Below, one piece after another: positions 20,187 through 28,376 of a DNA stretch of 64,000 nucleotides. The stretch's first letter is position 1; each line of letters opens with the position of its first letter. The notes under the pieces are model-generated. The model was not told the origin of the DNA, ran no database searches, and saw only the letters and a list, made by a program, of their open reading frames with translations. Both the position numbers and the translations under genes were made by a program. This DNA comes from a virus (taxonomy: Duplodnaviria > Heunggongvirae > Uroviricota > Caudoviricetes), in IMG/VR virus record IMGVR_UViG_3300023710_000192; one strand, written 5' to 3'.

Positions 20187-20606
20187 TTGTGTATGGGTAT
20201 GTATACGGAATTAAATATTGGAGTACAGTTATCTTCTAATAAAAAAGTAATACATAAGCTTCGCTATATGCTTAATGAAAAAAGCGAAGATATAGAAATA
20301 CAACATCCGTTATTTACAAAAACTGAAAGATGGAAATATATGCTATTGACCGGAAGCTATTATTTTGATGGGCAAGCGGATAGTAAATTATATGAGGATA
20401 ATTTATATAAAGATGATCCAATGTATTTTTTAAATGTACGCTGCAATTTAAAGAATTATTGTAGTGAGATTGAGTTATTTTTAGATTGGTTGTGTCCTTA
20501 TATAAAAACAGAAGGATTTATTGGATATATGAGATATGAAGATGATGATAATCCGGTTCTGATTTATAAAAAAGGTAATGAAATTGCATATAAGAAAGTG
20601 AGGTAA
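20187..20606 (+). CDS. hypothetical protein upstream of the methyltransferase
   Basis: TTG/ATG start after TAGGAGG; no nuclease motif recognised. Confidence 0.45.
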   Translation: MCMGMYTELNIGVQLSSNKKVIHKLRYMLNEKSEDIEIQHPLFTKTERWKYMLLTGSYYFDGQADSKLYEDNLYKDDPMYFLNVRCNLKNYCSEIELFLDWLCPYIKTEGFIGYMRYEDDDNPVLIYKKGNEIAYKKVR

Positions 20607-20610
20607 AATA

Positions 20611-22638
20611 ATGGCTAAAAATGCAGATTTATTAAATGCCAAAAATGCAAAGAAAGATGAGTTTTATACTCAGCTTGAAGATATAAACGCTGAGATGGTT
20701 CATTACGAAAATCAATTCAAGGGTAAGATAGTTCTGATGAACTGTGATAACCCTATTTGGTCAAATTTTTGGCGTTATTTTCATACCGAATTTGACCGTC
20801 TTGGTTTGAAAAAAATCATTGCTACGCATTATGAGTATGGCGAGACTGCTTCTTATAAAATGGAATATACAGGCGGTAACGATAATTATATTGAAGTCGG
20901 TGTAAAAACTCCGCTTGAGGGCAACGGCGATTTTAGGAATCAGGAGTGTCTTGACCTGCTTGACGAAACCGACATCGTGGTAACCAATCCACCCTTCAGT
21001 TGCTACTCTGCCGACACAGAGGTTATGACAGATAAGGGGTGGAAACTTATCAAAGATGTTGACATTTCAAAAGATATCATTATGTCATTAAATCCTGACA
21101 CGAAAAATATTGAAATGGCGAAGGCTGTCGATTATATCAAAAGTCCTGTTAATGGCGAACTTTATCATTATCATACAAGACATATGGATTTTTGTGTTAC
21201 GGGAAATCACAGAATGTATGCAGAGTATAGAAATTGTAATAGTGAAAATATAAGTATTCCTTTTGTAAAGGCAGAGGATGTAAAGAAATCTTATATGTTG
21301 CCATTGGCGGGTTTTTCATGGTCAGGTAAAGATAAAGAATATTTTGTTTTGCCTGCTACAACCCAGCTTGAACAGTATTCCAGAAAAGAAATAACGATAC
21401 CGGAAAAGAAAATTCTCATGGAAGATTGGCTTGAATTTTTCGGATTTTATCTTGCTGATGGTTGTTATAGAGACCATATAAACTCTTGCGGCAAAAGAGA
21501 TTATACAATCTCAATCAAACAGAATAAGAGCAATGAAGAATATGTATTGAATTTGATTGAAAAGATTGGCTATAAAGTTGAAATAAGCCGAGGAAGTACA
21601 GATTCAAATAACAATTATAATATCTATTCAAGACAGTTATGGGAGTATTTGTCGCAATTCGGTCGTAGTGCTGAAAAATATATTCCCCGTGAATTTCTGG
21701 ATTTAGATACAAAGTATTTAATGACATTATACAAAGGATATACAAACGGAGACAGTTCTTTATGTGCAGACGGACATACACATTTTTCAACAACATCTGT
21801 TCGTCTTATAGAAAATATACAGGAAATAATCTTAAAGATTTTCGGCAGAGTTGTGCAGTATCATAAATATATCAGAAAACATTCTTATGATGATAATTAT
21901 GGTGTTTGCTATAGTATCAACTTGATTATTGATAAAAACAGAGATAATTACAGCAAGTATGGTGTGGCTGAAAAAGTTCCCTATAACGACAATGTATATT
22001 GCCTTACACTCGAAAAGAACCATATTATGCTCGTAAGACATAATGGTAAAATGGGTTGGTGTGGAAATTGTTTCCGTGAGTATGTAGCTACTTTGATGGA
22101 ATATGAGAAGAAGTTTTTGATTATGGGTAACATGAATGCTCTTACATATAAAGAAATATTTCCGTTATTTAGAGATAATAGATTATGGTATGGAGCATCT
22201 ATTCATTCAGGTGATAGAAAGTTTGGAGTACCTGACTCATACCCTCTTGATGCAGCAGGATGTGGTATTGATGAAAATGGTCAGAGATATATTAAAGTCA
22301 AGGGAGTTCGCTGGTTTACAAATCTTGATTATGCTGCAAGACACGAAAAATTGGTACTTTGGAAGAAATATAATTCTGAAGAATATCCAAAATATGATAA
22401 CTATGATGCTATCAATGTGGATAAGACATCTGAAATTCCGATGGATTATATGGAAATGATGGGTGTTCCTATTACATTTCTTGACAAATACAATCCCGAA
22501 CAATTTGAAATTGTGGGTATTAGTGGTGATTTGGCTCAACCGTTAATCATTGAAGGCAAGAAAAAATCGGGTCGATTCTATGTTGACGGACGAAGATTAT
22601 ATGACCGCATTGTAATTAAGCGAAAGGCATGTAAATAA
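20611..22638 (+). CDS. EcoRI-family N6-adenine DNA methyltransferase interrupted by an intein
   Basis: N-terminal KKDEFYTQLEDI...KGKIVLMNCDNP...GLKKIIATHY resembles the M.EcoRI N-terminus as I recall it; the NPPFS motif is followed directly by an intein N-terminus (CYSADTEV...). Confidence 0.7.
   Translation: MAKNADLLNAKNAKKDEFYTQLEDINAEMVHYENQFKGKIVLMNCDNPIWSNFWRYFHTEFDRLGLKKIIATHYEYGETASYKMEYTGGNDNYIEVGVKTPLEGNGDFRNQECLDLLDETDIVVTNPPFSCYSADTEVMTDKGWKLIKDVDISKDIIMSLNPDTKNIEMAKAVDYIKSPVNGELYHYHTRHMDFCVTGNHRMYAEYRNCNSENISIPFVKAEDVKKSYMLPLAGFSWSGKDKEYFVLPATTQLEQYSRKEITIPEKKILMEDWLEFFGFYLADGCYRDHINSCGKRDYTISIKQNKSNEEYVLNLIEKIGYKVEISRGSTDSNNNYNIYSRQLWEYLSQFGRSAEKYIPREFLDLDTKYLMTLYKGYTNGDSSLCADGHTHFSTTSVRLIENIQEIILKIFGRVVQYHKYIRKHSYDDNYGVCYSINLIIDKNRDNYSKYGVAEKVPYNDNVYCLTLEKNHIMLVRHNGKMGWCGNCFREYVATLMEYEKKFLIMGNMNALTYKEIFPLFRDNRLWYGASIHSGDRKFGVPDSYPLDAAGCGIDENGQRYIKVKGVRWFTNLDYAARHEKLVLWKKYNSEEYPKYDNYDAINVDKTSEIPMDYMEMMGVPITFLDKYNPEQFEIVGISGDLAQPLIIEGKKKSGRFYVDGRRLYDRIVIKRKACK
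21001..22068 (+). other. intein with LAGLIDADG homing-endonuclease domain inside the methyltransferase (about 356 aa, ends GWCGN | C)
   Basis: block A CYSADTEV at Cys131; LAGLIDADG-like WLEFFGFYLADGCY and YKGYTNGDSSLCADG; block F/G VYCLTLEKNHIMLVRHNGKMGWCGN followed by a +1 Cys; the extein resumes CFREYVATLMEY. The C-terminal junction is uncertain by a few residues. Confidence 0.65.
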
Positions 22639-22803
22639 TTATGGCTATGACTATCAGACTTATTGTGACAGACTTGCTGGAGTGTTTGACAAAACACAAG
22701 TCGAGATAACCATATTGCAAAACAGATGTTATTCACTAACAAAAGGTGCTATGTGTGCATTTTGTCAGTTTGAATGTGCATATAAAGAAAGCGAGGAAGT
22801 AGT

Positions 22804-23211
22804 ATGACAAGAGAAGAAGCAATAACAAGAATTAAAGAACATAAAATTATTCATAAGATGGATGAACCAAGAGCAATTTATATTTCAAAAGCCCTTGATA
22901 TGGCAATTAAAGCATTAGAACAAGAATCTAAAGTATGGAGTTTAGATGATGCACGAGAGGATTTTGTATATGATGTTTACAATACACTTGATTTTTTACC
23001 AACAAATGATGAAGCTAATAGAATTATAGATAGTTTCGATAGAGTGACAAGTAATATTAAGCAAGAATCTGTTCTTGACAAGATAAGAGCTGAGATAGAG
23101 CAAAAAGCAAGACCTAATGAAATAGGCGGCAGAGGAAATGGAAAATCAATTAGATATGGTCTTTGTATGGCATTAGATATTATCGACAAGTACAGAGAAA
23201 GTGAGGGATAA
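22804..23211 (+). CDS. hypothetical protein (paralog family with 23441 and 23929 ORFs)
   Basis: shared LDKIRAEIE and C-terminal IIDKY(K/R)E motifs. Confidence 0.5.
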   Translation: MTREEAITRIKEHKIIHKMDEPRAIYISKALDMAIKALEQESKVWSLDDAREDFVYDVYNTLDFLPTNDEANRIIDSFDRVTSNIKQESVLDKIRAEIEQKARPNEIGGRGNGKSIRYGLCMALDIIDKYRESEG

Positions 23212-23214
23212 GGA

Positions 23215-23481
23215 ATGATCGATTTTGAAGCCTTACTAACAGGCTTTCCGATATATATTGCCACAAAGGAAATTCAGAAAAGAAAACATCATAAAAAACG
23301 CATAAATAAAAAGTGGAAAAAGAAATATGGAACGATTGAATTAAACAGTATGCCACACGGGGAAGTAATAATGATGGATAATGGAGTGATTTGGATGACA
23401 AAAAGAACATATGAGCAGATAAAGAAAGGATTGATATATAATGACAAGAGAGGAACGTTTGGAACTATTAAAACAGATTGA
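23215..23481 (+). CDS. hypothetical basic protein
   Basis: KRKHHKKRINKKWKKK basic stretch; AAGGAATG RBS. Confidence 0.4.
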   Translation: MIDFEALLTGFPIYIATKEIQKRKHHKKRINKKWKKKYGTIELNSMPHGEVIMMDNGVIWMTKRTYEQIKKGLIYNDKRGTFGTIKTD

Positions 23482-23932
23482 GAAAGATATTCATGTTTGC
23501 AGCCTTGTAAGCACTTTACTTGAGGATGCAAAAAGCTGTGCTATACATTCTGTAATAGAGGAACTAGAACAAGAGCCTTGTGAGGATTGTATCAACAGAG
23601 AAAAAGCAAAGCAATTCCTGTATGAAAGACTCGACAGACTTAATGATGATGAACTCTACGATATATTTTCAAGGATTATAGACGATATGTACAATGAGTT
23701 GTCATCCGTAACACTACAGCCATTTATCAACAAGCCTTGCATTTCAAAAGGTACTTGTCAGCATCATACAGAAGATGTACTTGACAAGATAACAACCGAG
23801 ATAAATGGAAATTACAGAATAATATTAAAAGGTACTTCCAAAGATGATTGGGCTATAAAATGGAATGATTGTCTTGATGAAGTATTGCAGATTATTGACA
23901 AGTACAAAGCAGAAAATGAGGATAGAGTATGA
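23441..23932 (+). CDS. hypothetical protein (paralog family)
   Basis: C-terminal LQIIDKYKAENE; overlaps the upstream ORF by about 40 nt. Confidence 0.45.
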   Translation: MTREERLELLKQIEKDIHVCSLVSTLLEDAKSCAIHSVIEELEQEPCEDCINREKAKQFLYERLDRLNDDELYDIFSRIIDDMYNELSSVTLQPFINKPCISKGTCQHHTEDVLDKITTEINGNYRIILKGTSKDDWAIKWNDCLDEVLQIIDKYKAENEDRV

Positions 23933-24147
23933 CGAGTGAAGAAGATTTTGAATTGGATTTTATTCCGTCACATAAAATAATTGGAAAACTGAAAAGCGTT
24001 ATTATTCTCGATAAGATAAGAACAGAGATAGAGAATCTACCAACGACAAAATGTACAGAAACACATAGAATATATATTGATGCAGCTGATTTTAAGAAAA
24101 ATGTCCTTGCAATTATCGACAAGCATAAGGAAGAAAGTGAGGAATAA
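23929..24147 (+). CDS. hypothetical protein (paralog family)
   Basis: ILDKIRTEIEN and C-terminal AIIDKHKEESEE. Confidence 0.45.
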   Translation: MTSEEDFELDFIPSHKIIGKLKSVIILDKIRTEIENLPTTKCTETHRIYIDAADFKKNVLAIIDKHKEESEE

Positions 24148-24148
24148 T

Positions 24149-24421
24149 ATGGAAATGATAGAATTGGTAATTAAGATACCAAAAGAAATATATGAAGCAT
24201 CACAGATATTAGATGCTAAATATGAAGATACTATTCAGATTCCACTTGAAGTTATCAAGAATGGCAAACCGTTGCCAAAAGGACACGGAAGATTGATTGA
24301 TGCTGATTATGCAATTAAACAATTATTAAGTTTGCCAAAAAATGAATTATCAATCGAAGATATGTGGGCTATGGAGGTATTGGATTTAGTACCAACAATC
24401 CTAGAAGCCACAAAGGAGTAA
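24149..24421 (+). CDS. hypothetical protein
   Basis: ATG 24149 after GTGAGGAATAAT. Confidence 0.45.
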   Translation: MEMIELVIKIPKEIYEASQILDAKYEDTIQIPLEVIKNGKPLPKGHGRLIDADYAIKQLLSLPKNELSIEDMWAMEVLDLVPTILEATKE

Positions 24422-24600
24422 GAGTAGATGATAAGGGAAGATAAATATTTGTTAGGCTGCTTATATGCAATTAACCGGTTAACAGAAAAGGGTAGTATCT
24501 ATTTTGCAGTAAAAGATGATGAGAAGTGGGAGAGTATTCCTTGGGAAGAAATAACAAAGTGGATAAAAAAACAATATGTAATAGAGGAGAGTGAAGAAAT

Positions 24601-25092
24601 ATGAATAAAAAAATAACTGACTTAGAAAATAAATTAACTCAATTAACTTCCGAGTTAAATGAGTTAAAATCTGAATTAACAGAGTTAAAGACACCGGACA
24701 GATGGAGGCCGAAGCTTGGGGAATTCTATTACTCCATAAATACGGATGGTAAGGTTATAGAAACTTTCTGGGATGGCCATTTTTGGAATGAAGATAGATA
24801 TGCAATAGGTAATTATTTTAAGACAAAAGAAGAAGCAGAGTTTGAAATAGAACGTCTAAAAGTCCTTGCAGAGATGAGAGAGTTTGCTGAACCTGAAGAC
24901 AGACTATGGAACGGAGATAATTACCATTATCATATTTATTACGATTATTGTGGTAATGAGCTTTATATTTCTTGGACGAGAAATATAAGAGGCGATGGTA
25001 TGTATTTTGAAAGCCAAGAAAAGGCACAACAATGTATTGCATCCGTTGGCAAAGAACGCATTAAGAAATACTATATTGGAATCAAGCAGTGA
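24601..25092 (+). CDS. hypothetical protein with N-terminal coiled coil
   Basis: heptad-like LENKLTQLTSELNELKSELTELK. Confidence 0.5.
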   Translation: MNKKITDLENKLTQLTSELNELKSELTELKTPDRWRPKLGEFYYSINTDGKVIETFWDGHFWNEDRYAIGNYFKTKEEAEFEIERLKVLAEMREFAEPEDRLWNGDNYHYHIYYDYCGNELYISWTRNIRGDGMYFESQEKAQQCIASVGKERIKKYYIGIKQ

Positions 25093-25096
25093 TCAT

Positions 25097-25210
25097 ATGT
25101 CGGAAGATCTCTTAATAAAATTTTTGGTTGGCTGGGATATTGGAGTTGTAGTTGGATTATTTATTATACTTATTATTTTAGGAATAATAATTCTAACAAA
25201 TAAACTATAA
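25097..25210 (+). CDS. small membrane peptide
   Basis: ATG 25097; VGLFIILIILGIIIL hydrophobic segment. Confidence 0.3.
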   Translation: MSEDLLIKFLVGWDIGVVVGLFIILIILGIIILTNKL

Positions 25211-25225
25211 ATGTAGTAAAAATTG

Positions 25226-25254
25226 TTGACAATCACCATATTGAGGATTATAAT
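25226..25254 (+). promoter_or_regulatory. sigmaA-type promoter TTGACA-17-TATAAT with TAGTAAAAATTG upstream
   Basis: consensus hexamers, 17-nt spacer; drives the DGQHR gene pair. Confidence 0.6.
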
Positions 25255-25286
25255 TTATATAATAAAAATTGAAGGTGGTGATTATT

Positions 25287-26492
25287 ATGTTGCAAGATAG
25301 AAAGGATTTGGAAGATTATTTATATAATGCATTTAAACGTTTTAATAATTCAAAGGATAAAAAGCGATATATAATTAATCTGTTTGAAACATATAATATT
25401 CCAATTGCAATGTCGAGCGATATAATATCATTACGTCGTGATTTGAGTGATTATAGTGAGTTTATTCTATTTACTCTAATTGATATTTTCGATGAAAAAT
25501 TAATAGATAAATATTATAGTTCAGCAGAAATAAAAAAATATAAAAAAACTAAATTTAATATTGAAAAAATAAGTTTTCCAATCGAGTTTGATGTGTGTCA
25601 AGTAACCAACGACCAGTGGATAGGTGCAACGACATATGGTTTTTTAATGAAATTAAGAGATGCACAGTTAATTCATTACAATGAAAATACGCAAAGAACA
25701 CTTACTCATAAAACAAGAGGCGGTGTTGAACGTTGGGTTCCTACGGTAAATAAACGTGCAGTAGACGCTATCAGAGAATCATTTGCCGAAAAAAGATTTA
25801 TTCCAAATACAATAACACTTAATATTCAGATAGACGAAGAAGCAGATTTTGAGTATAAGGATCATAAATTAATAATAAACAAACTCGATTCATTTGATAT
25901 TACAGACGGTTTCCATAGATATTTAGCCTTTGGTCAGGTGTTTGATTTTAACAAAGACTTTGATTATCCAATGGAAATACGTATTACCAATTTTGGAGAT
26001 AATAAAGCAAACCAATTTATCTATCAGGAAGATCAGAAAACAAAAATGCGAAAAAGTGATTCTGATAGTCACAATCAATATAATTATTCCGTACAAGTAT
26101 TAAATAGATTAAATGAAGATAATACGTGTAATCTATTTGGAGAAATTAACAATACAAATGGAATGATGCATTTTGGTACTGCGGTACTTGTTTTGGATAA
26201 TACATACTTTTCAAAAAAGAAAAAGATAAGCAAAAAAGAAATAATAGAAATAAGCAAAGAAATAAAAACCGGGATAAATAATTTTACAGAAGAATATGAT
26301 GATTTCCTAAACAAAAGATGGACTAATAATCAAATTATAGTTGTTTTATATGGTATTTATAAACAGAAAACATCTTCTCAAATTAAAGATATATTAGAAT
26401 TAATACCTAAAGGTACTAGATCATATATACACGATGGTAAAATAAGTAAAAAAATCTTTAATATTATTGAGGAGGTGTGTGACAATGAGTAA
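25287..26492 (+). CDS. DGQHR/ParB-fold (DndB-like) domain protein
   Basis: conserved ...NENTQRTLTH... then ITDGFHRYLAFGQ, matching the QR ... DGQHR signature of the DndB/DUF262 branch of the ParB/Srx superfamily. Confidence 0.5.
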   Translation: MLQDRKDLEDYLYNAFKRFNNSKDKKRYIINLFETYNIPIAMSSDIISLRRDLSDYSEFILFTLIDIFDEKLIDKYYSSAEIKKYKKTKFNIEKISFPIEFDVCQVTNDQWIGATTYGFLMKLRDAQLIHYNENTQRTLTHKTRGGVERWVPTVNKRAVDAIRESFAEKRFIPNTITLNIQIDEEADFEYKDHKLIINKLDSFDITDGFHRYLAFGQVFDFNKDFDYPMEIRITNFGDNKANQFIYQEDQKTKMRKSDSDSHNQYNYSVQVLNRLNEDNTCNLFGEINNTNGMMHFGTAVLVLDNTYFSKKKKISKKEIIEISKEIKTGINNFTEEYDDFLNKRWTNNQIIVVLYGIYKQKTSSQIKDILELIPKGTRSYIHDGKISKKIFNIIEEVCDNE

Positions 26493-27423
26493 TTACAAGA
26501 TCTATAATGGAAAACAAAAGGAACGATATTTAAAAACAATTGATATAAGAAAGCGTTCACCCCTTTATTATCAAAGATTATTTGATAAAACTGCGGAAAT
26601 TGAGACTTTATATAATAAAGATTGCTGTAATTTTTCTGTAAATGAGTGTTTGGAATTGTTCAAGTTTATGAGTATACGAAATCTTGATAGTCTAATTAAC
26701 ACAAAAATAGACTTAATGTCGTATACCACATGGGCAATAACAGAAACTTTAGTAGATGATGGTATTAATCATTACGATGAAATATCTATAGAGATATTAA
26801 CGAGTTGTGTTGATAAGAATGCATTTGATAAATCTATTTTGAGCAGAGATGAATTAATACAATTCGTTAGTAAGCTACAAAATCCTAGAGAAGCATTTGT
26901 TATAATGTGCTTTTTTGAAGGTATATCTGGTGTTGAATATGAAGAAATAATAAAATTAAAGATGTCAGATATTAAAGACCATATTTGTAATACATGTACC
27001 GGTAGAAAAATTACGGTTTCCGATGATTTTATTAAGTATGCAAAATTATCAAATGCAGCAAATGAATATTATTTAAATCATGGTGGTGCAGAATGCGCAG
27101 AATGTTTAGAGCCTAGTGAATATATTTATAAAAATATTACAAATCGAACCAAAAACACCAGTATAACCGGAACCTATAGACGAATGAGAACAACGATGTT
27201 GCGATTATTCAAGGAAAGAGGTTATACATCTGTAACATCTAATTCTATTATTAATTCTGGTGCAATAGAATTGGTTAATAAATTAGCGAAACAACATAAC
27301 ATAAGTTCGAAAGATGTATTATACGATCCTGAATTATTTAATATTATAAGTGATAAATACAAAATCAGTATTTCATATCGAAAAAAATGGTATCTCGCTC
27401 ATAAGGATTATTTGGAAGAATAA
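26485..27423 (+). CDS. hypothetical protein with a possible degenerate tyrosine-recombinase-like C-terminal fold
   Basis: FVIMCFFEGISGVEYEEIIKLKMSDI resembles integrase box I (lal.ll.tGlRisEl..L...di) but with Arg replaced; a later TYRRMRTT...GYT block; translationally overlapped with the upstream gene. Confidence 0.3.
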   Translation: MSNYKIYNGKQKERYLKTIDIRKRSPLYYQRLFDKTAEIETLYNKDCCNFSVNECLELFKFMSIRNLDSLINTKIDLMSYTTWAITETLVDDGINHYDEISIEILTSCVDKNAFDKSILSRDELIQFVSKLQNPREAFVIMCFFEGISGVEYEEIIKLKMSDIKDHICNTCTGRKITVSDDFIKYAKLSNAANEYYLNHGGAECAECLEPSEYIYKNITNRTKNTSITGTYRRMRTTMLRLFKERGYTSVTSNSIINSGAIELVNKLAKQHNISSKDVLYDPELFNIISDKYKISISYRKKWYLAHKDYLEE

Positions 27424-27462
27424 TCCTAATTAGACATAATGATAAAAATTGATAAAAAACTG

Positions 27463-27491
27463 TTGACATCATCAAATGAATATGGTAATAT
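27463..27491 (+). promoter_or_regulatory. sigmaA-type promoter TTGACA-17-TAATAT driving a small tRNA-like RNA
   Basis: consensus -35, 17-nt spacer, good -10; no ORF downstream before the T-run. Confidence 0.55.
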
Positions 27492-27497
27492 AGTCAA

Positions 27498-27556
27498 TGT
27501 AGGGATTAGCTGGTTGGTAGCTTAATGGGTTCGACTCCTATAATTCTATTTTTTTT
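27498..27556 (+). ncRNA. small tRNA-like RNA: acceptor-like stem + D-arm + T-arm, no anticodon arm; ends in a T8 run
   Basis: GGGATTA / TAATTCT stem (2 GU); AGC-TGGTTGGT-GCT D-arm-like element; ATGGG-TTCGACT-CCTAT T-arm with a GGTTCGA-TCC TpsiC loop; terminated by TTTTTTTT. Confidence 0.45.
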
Positions 27557-27592
27557 AGATAATAAACAGTAAAAATTGACAGAGGATATTGC

Positions 27593-27844
27593 ATGAAAGA
27601 CAAAAGAAAAACAGCTTGTCAATGTACTCGATGTAAGAGTACATTTGATATAAAAGATACTTCAATCGTACCAAGAAGTCTATATGGGTTCACAATAAAG
27701 GAGAAAAGATGTCCTGTTTGTAAGGGTGAGTTTAGACAGCTTAATGTCGATGGTTACTATGAACGTAATAGAGATGCTTGGTATTTGAAAAATCCATTGG
27801 ATTCCAACTTAATAATGTGGACATACTTTAATAGGGAAAACTAA
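27593..27844 (+). CDS. zinc-ribbon protein
   Basis: CQCTRC ... CPVC paired CxxC; CAGTAAAAATTGAC motif 26 nt upstream of ATG. Confidence 0.45.
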   Translation: MKDKRKTACQCTRCKSTFDIKDTSIVPRSLYGFTIKEKRCPVCKGEFRQLNVDGYYERNRDAWYLKNPLDSNLIMWTYFNREN

Positions 27845-27933
27845 TTCCTAACTTTCTTTCTTATGTACTGTGACGCTTACAGCAAAATTATCGGATATGA
27901 CTGCTAATCATAAAACCAAAAAGCGTCATGTTT

Positions 27934-28052
27934 GGGAAGATAGCTCAGTTGGTAGAGCGCAGTATAGTTAAGGTGTCATAATGTGACACTAGCAGCAATC
28001 TTACTATTGCTTTCTAAGCCTGAGGTCGGTGGTTCGAGTCCATCTCTTCCCA
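27934..28052 (+). ncRNA. tRNA-like gene with a roughly 60-nt insertion (two hairpins) in place of the anticodon arm
   Basis: perfect acceptor stem GGGAAGA/TCTTCCC; canonical D-arm TAGCTCAGTTGGTAGAGC; T-arm GGTGG-TTCGAGT-CCATC; the intervening region holds hairpins GTGTCA-TAATG-TGACAC and AGCAAT-CTTACT-ATTGCT. Confidence 0.5.
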
Positions 28053-28149
28053 TTTTACAAGTTTAGGTTTGTGTCCTTTCCTATTTGTACCTTACGGCGT
28101 ATAGGTTAACCGTCGTTTACCCCCTTTGCAACACCTTTTTATAGGTGGA

Positions 28150-28209
28150 GTTAAGTCGCTCGGTTGGGAGTACACATTAAGTTGTGCGGGTTCAAATCCC
28201 GGCTTAACT
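28150..28209 (+). ncRNA. compact (about 60 nt) tRNA-like element
   Basis: GTTAAGT/GCTTAAC acceptor-like stem with one GU, CGGG-TTCAAAT-CCCG T-arm, short CACA-TTAAGT-TGTG hairpin; too short for a canonical tRNA. Confidence 0.35.
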
Positions 28210-28376
28210 TTTCCATTCATAAATGGATCCTCCCTTAATATAGTTTGTGACTCTTACAGCAATTAATTACAAAACAAGTTTGGTGTTTTTTACAGAGTCA
28301 TGTAATTGTGTGACACACACAGCGTTATATAGTAAAAATTGATACTAACAAGTGTCATGAAAGGAGAAAAAAGACG

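Noticed and set aside
20187-20606. Restriction endonuclease partner for the EcoRI-family methyltransferase
   Set aside because: The 139-aa protein shows no PD-(D/E)XK, HNH or GIY-YIG signature, so the methyltransferase appears to be an orphan.
22136-22459. + strand internal ORFs in alternative frames (22136..22459, 28588..28824, 32411..32617, 35347..35529, 36384..36596, 54892..55113, 63690..63893, 11384..11569)
   Set aside because: They are nested within longer ORFs that carry clear functional motifs (methyltransferase, Ro60-like, SSB, nuclease, primase, polymerase, dUTPase), and they have no independent RBS.
27934-28052. Group I intron in the tRNA-like gene
   Set aside because: The insertion is only about 60 nt, far below group I intron size, and lacks P/Q/R/S-like elements. 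It is better described as a tRNA-like ncRNA or a non-canonical insertion.
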